This document shows, piece after piece, positions 57,697 through 64,000 of a stretch of 64,000 nt of DNA (its first letter is position 1; each line of letters begins with the position of its first letter). The notes under the pieces were generated by a model. It did no database searches. It was not told the origin of the DNA and saw nothing but the letters and a program-made list of their open reading frames with translations. The stretch covers positions 25,767-89,766 of the forward strand of contig CALWQM010000006.1 of assembly GCA_944383685.1 (NCBI GenBank), written 5' to 3'. The position numbers and the translations under genes are program-made. Source of the stretch: an uncultured Clostridia bacterium. Its GTDB lineage: Bacteria > Bacillota > Clostridia > Christensenellales > UBA1242.

Positions 57697-59235
57697 ATGA
57701 AGTTTAAGTCATTGAATAAGGTTGGTGGTGGGGCTTTAATCCTTTTAATTAGTGGTGTGATTTGCAAGTGTCTTGGGGCATTTTTCCGCCTTCCACTCAC
57801 AAATATGCTTGGCATTGAGGGAATTGGGGTGTTTCAACTCGTTATGTCCCTTTATGCTTTTGCTCTTGTGGTCACTTCTGGCGGAGTCAGTTCCTCCCTT
57901 TCAAAATTAATTGGTTCAGCAAGGGCAGGTGAACGCACAGAAAAAGTTAGAATTTATCTTAAACAAGCGCTTTTGATTTCCGTTGGAATAGGTTTAGGGC
58001 TTGGAGTTCTTTTTTTGATATTCGGGAAATATATCGCCATTTTTCAAAACATTGAGAATCCTTCTTCATATTATCTTTTTGCCTTGATGTTGCCTCTTGG
58101 GGCGGGGCTTGCAACTTTAAGGGGATATTTTCAAGGCTACGAAAATATGCTTCCAACGGCGCTAAGTCAAATTATTGAGCAAGTTGTTAAGTTTGCTTTT
58201 GGGCTTTTGTTTGCTTATTACTTTTCAAAATTTGGCATGGTTCAAGGGGTTTTTGGTGCATTTTTAGGGGTGACACTAAGTGAACTTGTTTCGTTAATTT
58301 TCCTTTTTATCTATTATGAAGTTAAAAAGCATAGTAAAAAAGAAATTTACAGCAAAGAATTTTTAAAATCCACAAGAAAGGAGTTCAACAGTGCAAACTT
58401 TCCTTTGACATTAAGTGCTTCCATTTTGCCACTTGTGAATGCTTTTGAAGGACTTGTTATCATTCCAAGGCTTGTGCGTTCTGGGCTTACATCATCTTTT
58501 GCAACAGAACTTTTTGGGCTTCAAGTGGGTGTGGTTGGGGCAATTCTCAATTTTCCGCTTATAATTTCCATTGCTGTGACAACTGCACTTCTTCCTAACA
58601 TTTCTTATCACATATCAAAAGGAAGCGGAGGGAAAGTGATTATTGAAAAAGGACTTAAAACACTTTTATATTTAATTTTGCCAACAACTTTTGGAATGGT
58701 GGCAATCTCAAAAGAAGTTTTGGATCTTGTTTACAATGATATGACTCCGCTTTTAATTTCCATTGCCTTTAACCTTATGTTTTACGGTGGTTTTTCCATT
58801 GTTTTTACCGCCCTCATGCAATACATCATTATGCTTTTGCAAGCTAACGGTCAATTTAACTTTATTTTGCTTATCACCATTATTGGCGGAGCAATAAAGG
58901 CAACTCTTTCTTTCACACTTTCTGCAATTCCGTCAATTAATATTTATGCAATACTGCTTGGAAACATTGCAATGACAACCTTGGTGTGTTTACTTGGCCT
59001 TGTGAAACTTAAAAAACTTGTTTCCTTTTCTTTGCCAATAAGCCAAGTGGCAGTGCTTTTCTTTGGAACGGCATTAATGTATTTAGCTGTTTACACCTTT
59101 GTTAATAGTTCCTATTTTTCTCCAATTGTCAACATTCTTTTGGGTGTGGTTTTGGGAGTTGTTGTTTATGTTGTTTTAACAATTTCCTTTCTTCTTAAAA
59201 TTTTTACACGAAAAAAAGTTAAAAACACTGTTTAA
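57697..59235 (+). CDS. MOP-superfamily flippase (SpoVB/YabM/MurJ-like polysaccharide biosynthesis protein)
   Basis: GALILLISGVICKCLGAFFRLPL, RGYFQGYENM.PTA.SQIIEQ, LPNIS, and many TMs. Start refined to ATG 57697. Confidence 0.88.
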   Translation: MKFKSLNKVGGGALILLISGVICKCLGAFFRLPLTNMLGIEGIGVFQLVMSLYAFALVVTSGGVSSSLSKLIGSARAGERTEKVRIYLKQALLISVGIGLGLGVLFLIFGKYIAIFQNIENPSSYYLFALMLPLGAGLATLRGYFQGYENMLPTALSQIIEQVVKFAFGLLFAYYFSKFGMVQGVFGAFLGVTLSELVSLIFLFIYYEVKKHSKKEIYSKEFLKSTRKEFNSANFPLTLSASILPLVNAFEGLVIIPRLVRSGLTSSFATELFGLQVGVVGAILNFPLIISIAVTTALLPNISYHISKGSGGKVIIEKGLKTLLYLILPTTFGMVAISKEVLDLVYNDMTPLLISIAFNLMFYGGFSIVFTALMQYIIMLLQANGQFNFILLITIIGGAIKATLSFTLSAIPSINIYAILLGNIAMTTLVCLLGLVKLKKLVSFSLPISQVAVLFFGTALMYLAVYTFVNSSYFSPIVNILLGVVLGVVVYVVLTISFLLKIFTRKKVKNTV

Positions 59236-59277
59236 AAACTTTTCACTTTGACAAACATCTTTTTAGGAGGAAATTTT

Positions 59278-59553
59278 ATGAATAAACAAGAAATGCTTAC
59301 TGTTCTTGCAAAAAAGACAAGTTTGCCTAAAACAAAATGTGAAAAGGTGATTGATGAATTTAAAAACTTAATTCTTGATGTTTGTGGAAAAGGAGAGGAA
59401 CTCAGTTTAAGAAATTTTGGTGCTTTCAAGATGTTTGAAACAAAAGAAAGAAGATACTTAAACCCACAGACAAAAAGGTATTATATTTGCAAACCGAAAA
59501 AAGTTATTCAGTTTAAAGGTTACAAAAATTTCAAATACGCATTTCAATATTAA
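59278..59553 (+). CDS. HU/IHF family DNA-binding protein (divergent arm)
   Basis: MNKQEML..LAKKT.L.K..., L.NFGAF...ERR..NPQT, KVIQFK. GGAGGA SD. Confidence 0.85.
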   Translation: MNKQEMLTVLAKKTSLPKTKCEKVIDEFKNLILDVCGKGEELSLRNFGAFKMFETKERRYLNPQTKRYYICKPKKVIQFKGYKNFKYAFQY

Positions 59554-59575
59554 AGCATGGCAACATGCTTTTTTG
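59552..59575 (+). terminator. Intrinsic terminator
   Basis: AAAGCATG-GCAA-CATGCTTT plus T run. Confidence 0.75.
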
Positions 59576-59584
59576 TTTTTTGTA

Positions 59585-59613
59585 TTGAATTGCCTTAATG
59601 AATATGTTACAAT
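59585..59613 (+). promoter_or_regulatory. Sigma-A promoter of the SF2 helicase gene
   Basis: TTGAAT-N17-TACAAT with TG extension. AGGAG SD before ATG 59631. Confidence 0.6.
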
Positions 59614-59630
59614 ATAAATATAGGAGCATT

Positions 59631-62429
59631 ATGAAAACAATAGAAGAATTAGAAAATGATGGAATTTTAAAAGAACACAATTTTAAAGTTTATCAAGAAA
59701 TTGAAGCATTGTTTGAAAAGGAAAACAGAGTTGCACTTGTTCAAGCAACAGGGACAGGTAAAAGTTTTGTTGCAATTCAGTGGCTTTTTGATAATTGCTT
59801 GTTGAATGGTAAAAAGGTTTTGTATTTGACTGCATACAACACAATTAAAGACCAATTCAATAAAAACATTGAGAATGTTTTCATTGACAGAGCAGAAGCC
59901 TTTAAGAATATGGATGAGTTTTTGTATCAAAAATTGTTGCAAGTTGATGATGCTGACTTTGAAGCATTGAAATATGACTACATAATTTTGGACGAATTTC
60001 ACCGTGTGGGTGCGGAGAAGTGGGAGAGTGCAGTTAAAAAATTGCTTGCAGTAAATAAAGATGCAAAAGTGCTTGGACTTTCTGCAACACCAGTAAGATT
60101 TCTTGACAGTGGCAGAGATATGGCAACTGAAATTTTTGATGGTAATGTGGTTGAAGGTTTAAACCTTGCAGAAGCGATTGAAAAGGGAATTTTGCCAAAA
60201 CCAGAATATCATTATGGTATATATTCTCTTTATGACCAACTTCAAAACTTGGAAGAAAAGAAAAAGAGAATACAAAATAAAGTTAAAAGAGAAGAAATTA
60301 CAAGATTTTTGGGACGAGCAAGAAAAATGGCTCAACAGGCAGACGGGCTTGAAGAAATTTTTGCAAAAAACATAAAAGTTAAAGACGGAAGATATATTTT
60401 GTTTTGCTCTAATTTGGAACAAGTGAAGGAAATAAAGGAAAGAATTGAAGGTGGCTTGTTTAATGCAGTAAATGATAAGGTCAAACTTTTTGAAATTTCT
60501 TACACACAAAGTTCAAAGGCGGTCTTAGACCAAATTGACAAGTTTGAAAAAGCAAGCGATGACTCTCTTAAACTAATGCTTGCAGTTGATATGTTAAACG
60601 AAGGTGTTCATGTGAAAGATGTGGATGGTTGCGTGATGTTTAGAAGCACCATTTCGCCAAGAATTTATCTTCAACAGATTGGTAGAGTTCTTTCAGTTGG
60701 AACTAAAAAAACGCCAGTTATTTTTGATATCTCAAACAACATAAAAAGTTTGCAAACCATTGCGGATGTTTTTGTCGAGAAAGATAAAGAAGGTGTTAAT
60801 CCATATAAACTTGAAGATTATTTACCTTTCAAAATCGACAGTGAAAACATGGAAATCTATAAACTTCTTGCAAGAATTGATGAGATTGAAAGTTTCTATT
60901 CATATTCAACAGAAGAATGGCTTGACATGGCAAAAAAATATGCTGAAAAATTTGGGAGTTTGAATGTTTTTGGGAGATATAGAGATGATGAAACTGGCGC
61001 AATCTTATATTATTGGACAAAAAATATAAGAAATGAATATTTAAAAGGGAATAAGGATGTTGAAGGTGCTATAAAACAACTTCAAGAAATGGATCCAGAA
61101 TTTTTGACATACACAAGTGATATTTTAAGGAGTGATAGAGAAGCGAAAATATTGAGATGTGTTAAAGAGTATTATAAACATGAAAATGTAAAAGGTAAAG
61201 GCATACCAGCGAGATTAAAGGTTAAAGATCCACTTACAAATGAATTAGTGAATTTGGGTGTGGAAATTCAAACGATTAAATTGTTTTTAAAAGGGAACGC
61301 CAAACGAAGATATTCGCAAGAATTAATTGAACAATTAAGAAATATAGATGAAAATATTTTCAAGGGATTAGAAGATAAAAGAGAAGAAAAAGAAAATCAA
61401 ATTTTAAGATGTGTTAAAGCATTTTATGCTGATGAAAACAACAAAAATAAAACTATTCCTAGGAAACTTATTATGCTTGACCCAGTAACACGCAAAAAAG
61501 TTAATATTGGATATCAAATTGGAGAAATAAAAGGTTATTTAGCTGGATATGGGGCAAGTGTTTTCTCAAAGAAATTTATTCAAAAATTAAATGAAATAAA
61601 TTCAAACATATTAAAAAGTCAAGATGAAAAAAAAGAAGAAAGAGAAAATCAAATTATTAGGTGTGTTAAAGAATTTTATAAAGATGGTGACATGAACAAA
61701 CGCATGAAGCAAACCCAAACAATAATTGATCCACTTACAAATGAAAGAATAAGTATTGGTCAAGATATTATGGTGATAAAACGCTTCTTAAATGGTGGCG
61801 GAGATAATAAACCTTCACAAAGATTAATTAATGCTCTTTTAGAAATAAACAAAGATATCTTCAAAAGTGAAAGTGATTTTCGTAAAGAAAGAGAAGATCA
61901 GCTTTTAAGATGTGTTAAAGCATTTTATGCTGATGAAAACAACAAGGGTAAACACATACCAAACAATCCAGCATTTAAACTTTTTGATGCTGAAACTGGT
62001 GAAACAGTGAATGTTGGTGCAAAAATTTCTCAAATAAAGATGATTGTTAATGGTAAAAAACTGGAATATGCCTACTCTCAAAATCTAATAGACGAATTAT
62101 TAAAGATTGATAAAGACTTATTTGTAAGTGCTGATGAAAAAAGAAAGATTAAAGAGGAAAGAATACTTCGTTGTGTAACAGAGTTTTATAGTTATGAAGA
62201 GAACAAAGGCAAACCTATAACACAAGGTTATGTAATGGTTGACCCTGCAACAAAAAATCTTGATAAAGAAAATCAAGTAGTTGTAAATCTTGGAGATGAA
62301 ATTCACAGAATAAGACGATTTATTAAGGGACAAGGTGGAAGATATTCCCAAGAACTTATTGACAGTATAAACAAGATTGATAATAATGCTTTGCAAACAA
62401 AAAATAATAAAGAAAATCCAATTTTATAA
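59631..62429 (+). CDS. Superfamily 2 (DEAH-type) helicase with one HA-like domain and five ~84-aa C-terminal repeats
   Basis: ATGTGKS (I), DEFH (II), SAT (III), MLNEGVHV (V), YLQQIGR (VI). EEWLDMAKKY..KFGSL.V HA-like unit, then repeats. Confidence 0.88.
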   Translation: MKTIEELENDGILKEHNFKVYQEIEALFEKENRVALVQATGTGKSFVAIQWLFDNCLLNGKKVLYLTAYNTIKDQFNKNIENVFIDRAEAFKNMDEFLYQKLLQVDDADFEALKYDYIILDEFHRVGAEKWESAVKKLLAVNKDAKVLGLSATPVRFLDSGRDMATEIFDGNVVEGLNLAEAIEKGILPKPEYHYGIYSLYDQLQNLEEKKKRIQNKVKREEITRFLGRARKMAQQADGLEEIFAKNIKVKDGRYILFCSNLEQVKEIKERIEGGLFNAVNDKVKLFEISYTQSSKAVLDQIDKFEKASDDSLKLMLAVDMLNEGVHVKDVDGCVMFRSTISPRIYLQQIGRVLSVGTKKTPVIFDISNNIKSLQTIADVFVEKDKEGVNPYKLEDYLPFKIDSENMEIYKLLARIDEIESFYSYSTEEWLDMAKKYAEKFGSLNVFGRYRDDETGAILYYWTKNIRNEYLKGNKDVEGAIKQLQEMDPEFLTYTSDILRSDREAKILRCVKEYYKHENVKGKGIPARLKVKDPLTNELVNLGVEIQTIKLFLKGNAKRRYSQELIEQLRNIDENIFKGLEDKREEKENQILRCVKAFYADENNKNKTIPRKLIMLDPVTRKKVNIGYQIGEIKGYLAGYGASVFSKKFIQKLNEINSNILKSQDEKKEERENQIIRCVKEFYKDGDMNKRMKQTQTIIDPLTNERISIGQDIMVIKRFLNGGGDNKPSQRLINALLEINKDIFKSESDFRKEREDQLLRCVKAFYADENNKGKHIPNNPAFKLFDAETGETVNVGAKISQIKMIVNGKKLEYAYSQNLIDELLKIDKDLFVSADEKRKIKEERILRCVTEFYSYEENKGKPITQGYVMVDPATKNLDKENQVVVNLGDEIHRIRRFIKGQGGRYSQELIDSINKIDNNALQTKNNKENPIL
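61137..62400 (+). repeat. Five intragenic protein repeats (ILRCV..FY...NK...DP.T...VN.G..I..IK...YSQ.LI)
   Basis: Conserved Cys codons at 61158, 61410, 61662, 61911 and 62172 (periods of 84, 84, 83 and 87 codons). Confidence 0.9.
61402..61945 (+). repeat. Exact 43-bp direct repeat shared by repeat units 2 and 4 (61402-61444 and 61903-61945)
   Basis: TTTTAAGATGTGTTAAAGCATTTTATGCTGATGAAAACAACAA occurs at both positions. Confidence 0.85.
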
Positions 62430-62457
62430 GAAAGTGTGAAAGCACTTTCTTTTTTTC
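62428..62457 (+). terminator. Intrinsic terminator
   Basis: AAGAAAGTG-TGAAAG-CACTTTCTT plus T run. Confidence 0.8.
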
Positions 62458-62542
62458 TGTTTCAAGGTTTTCAGTTTTGATATAAAGGGAAGAAGAATTT
62501 TTGATGATATTTTTAGGTTTTTAAATTCCTTTAAATTTTCTC

Positions 62543-62571
62543 TTGAAATATTGAAATTTATGTGGTAAAAT
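62543..62571 (+). promoter_or_regulatory. Sigma-A promoter giving a probably leaderless dusB mRNA
   Basis: TTGAAA-N17-TAAAAT (TG-extended), then 6 nt, then ATG 62578. No SD. Confidence 0.6.
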
Positions 62572-62577
62572 ATGGGT

Positions 62578-63510
62578 ATGAAAATAAGAAATGTAGATTT
62601 TGGAGAAAACCCTTTATTCTTAGCACCAATGGCAGGTGTAAGTGATGTTGGTTTCAGGGAACAAGCAGTGAAGTTCGGTGCTGATGTGACAGTGACTGAA
62701 ATGCTTTCTTCTCGTGCAATGGCTCACAACCCAAGAAAGACCACTTTGATGACAATAACAAGTCCACTTGAAAAGTTATGTGTGGCTCAAATTTTTGGGC
62801 ATGAAAGTGAGTTTATGGTTAAGGCACTTGAAAGTGAAGTTTTGGCAAAATTTCCTGCCTATGACATCAACATGGGTTGCCCTGCACCAAAGATTTTAAA
62901 AAATGGCGATGGTGCAGCACTTATGGATAGTATCCACCTTGCAAGCCATATCATTGAAAGTTGCCGAGATGTTACAGACAAGCCATTGTCGGTTAAATTT
63001 AGAAAGGGTTATAGTGAAGAAAATTACTTAGATTTTGCAAAGATGTGTGAAGATAGCGGAGCTGACTTCATAACTTTTCACGCACGCACTGTGGAACAGG
63101 GTTATAGTGGGCAAGCAGATTATGATGCCATTGCAAATGTTAAGGCAAAGGTTAAAATTCCTGTCATTGGTAATGGTGATGTGACAGACATTGACAGTTA
63201 CCACAAAATGCTTGAAACTGGGGTTGACGGAGTTATGGTTGGCCGTGGTGCACTTGGCAGACCTTGGATATTTAAAGAACTTAAAGACGGCTTCTGCTTT
63301 GTTGACAAATACGAAGTTGTTAAAGAACATATTGAAACGTTAAGAAAGTTTTACAGCGAAGAATGGCTTAAACTTTACATAAGGAAGCATCTTCTTTGGT
63401 ATGCAAAGGACTTGCCTCTTGCAAGCACAATTCGTTTGTCACTTGCAACTTGTCAAAATATTGACGACTGCTTAGAGATTTTAAGAAAATGTTTTTCTAA
63501 AAATGCCTAA
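62578..63510 (+). CDS. dusB: tRNA-dihydrouridine synthase B
   Basis: LAPMAG, DINMGCP, VKFR, HART, GNGDV, VMVGRG. Start is ATG 62578, with 62572 as the alternative. Confidence 0.93.
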   Translation: MKIRNVDFGENPLFLAPMAGVSDVGFREQAVKFGADVTVTEMLSSRAMAHNPRKTTLMTITSPLEKLCVAQIFGHESEFMVKALESEVLAKFPAYDINMGCPAPKILKNGDGAALMDSIHLASHIIESCRDVTDKPLSVKFRKGYSEENYLDFAKMCEDSGADFITFHARTVEQGYSGQADYDAIANVKAKVKIPVIGNGDVTDIDSYHKMLETGVDGVMVGRGALGRPWIFKELKDGFCFVDKYEVVKEHIETLRKFYSEEWLKLYIRKHLLWYAKDLPLASTIRLSLATCQNIDDCLEILRKCFSKNA

Positions 63511-63563
63511 TTTTGTTTTGATATTTCTCCTAAAAAGTGTATTATTAAATTACGGGGGATGTT

Positions 63564-64000
63564 ATGAAGAGAACAATAAGAGATTTGAAAAACATTGAAG
63601 GTAAAAGAATATTACTTAGATGTGATTTTAATGTTCCACTCGATAAATATGGTGACATTTTGGATGCCACAAGAGTTTATGAGTCTCTTCCAACAATCAA
63701 ATTCCTTAATGACCAAGGATGTAAGCTTATTATTTGTTCGCATCTTGGCAGGCCAAAAGGATATGATAAGTTTCTCTCCCTTTTTCCAGTTGCGGTGTAT
63801 TTAATGAAACATTTTCCAAACAAGGTGAAGTTTTGCCCAAAGGTAACAGGAAAGGAAGTTGATGAAGCGGTTAAGAATATGAAAAATGGCGACATTTTGC
63901 TTCTTGAAAACCTAAGATTTGACCCAAGGGAAGAACAAAATGACCCAAACTTTGTTAAAGAACTTGCATCACTTGCAGATATTTATGTGGATGACGCTTT
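63564..64000 (+). CDS. pgk: Phosphoglycerate kinase, 3'-truncated by window edge (not in ORF track)
   Basis: LRCDFNVPL, SHLGRP, LLENLRF, LADIYVDDA. Frame is open to the window end. Confidence 0.97.
   Translation, partial: MKRTIRDLKNIEGKRILLRCDFNVPLDKYGDILDATRVYESLPTIKFLNDQGCKLIICSHLGRPKGYDKFLSLFPVAVYLMKHFPNKVKFCPKVTGKEVDEAVKNMKNGDILLLENLRFDPREEQNDPNFVKELASLADIYVDDA

Noticed and set aside
61402-61945. 43-bp direct repeat as CRISPR or DGR template/variable repeat
   Set aside because: Only two copies, in frame within protein repeats. There are no spacers, cas genes or reverse transcriptase, and no adenine-specific mismatches.
21-63895. The many short opposite-strand or alternate-frame ORFs in the track (e.g. 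21..356, 1485..1754, 32318..32611, 49713..50102, 60159..60509)
   Set aside because: They lie fully within well-supported genes and are typical shadow ORFs without SDs or motifs.
1-64000. tRNA, rRNA, CRISPR arrays, IS elements, prophage genes, alternative genetic code
   Set aside because: No cloverleaf or rRNA-like segments, repeat-spacer arrays, or transposase/integrase/phage motifs were seen. Genes end normally at TAA/TAG/TGA, and Trp is TGG.

Overview
A 64-kb chromosomal segment from a low-GC, endospore-forming Firmicute (Clostridia-like; standard code, TGA read as stop). Most genes are on the + strand. Housekeeping genes are pflB/pflA, an RluA synthase, typA, dnaB, gltX, uppP, a P2A Ca-type ATPase, holB, ricT/yaaT, a tRNA adenine-N6 methyltransferase, tatD, rsmA, rplI, an HU-family gene, dusB and pgk (truncated). 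Sporulation genes are yabP, yabQ, spmA/spmB and a SpoVB/YabM-like flippase. About 46% of the window (29.7 kb) is two giant exported proteins. One is a 3543-aa lipoprotein with a long Fn3-like stalk and a C-terminal GLUG-type head. The other is a ~6363-aa type I membrane protein with N-terminal GLUG-type heads, an InlB-B/MBG/YDG-like stalk and a C-terminal TM anchor. They have opposite anchoring polarity but both display the same head family distally. Other notable signals are three perfect DnaA boxes upstream of typA away from dnaA, at least three apparently leaderless sigma-A genes, an SF2 helicase with five ~84-aa divergent repeats, several stand-alone ORFans, unannotated small ORFs and intergenic tracts of only ~7-12% G+C. 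I found no rRNA, tRNA, CRISPR array, transposase, integrase or reverse transcriptase. All domain calls come from motif recognition by eye, not database searches.
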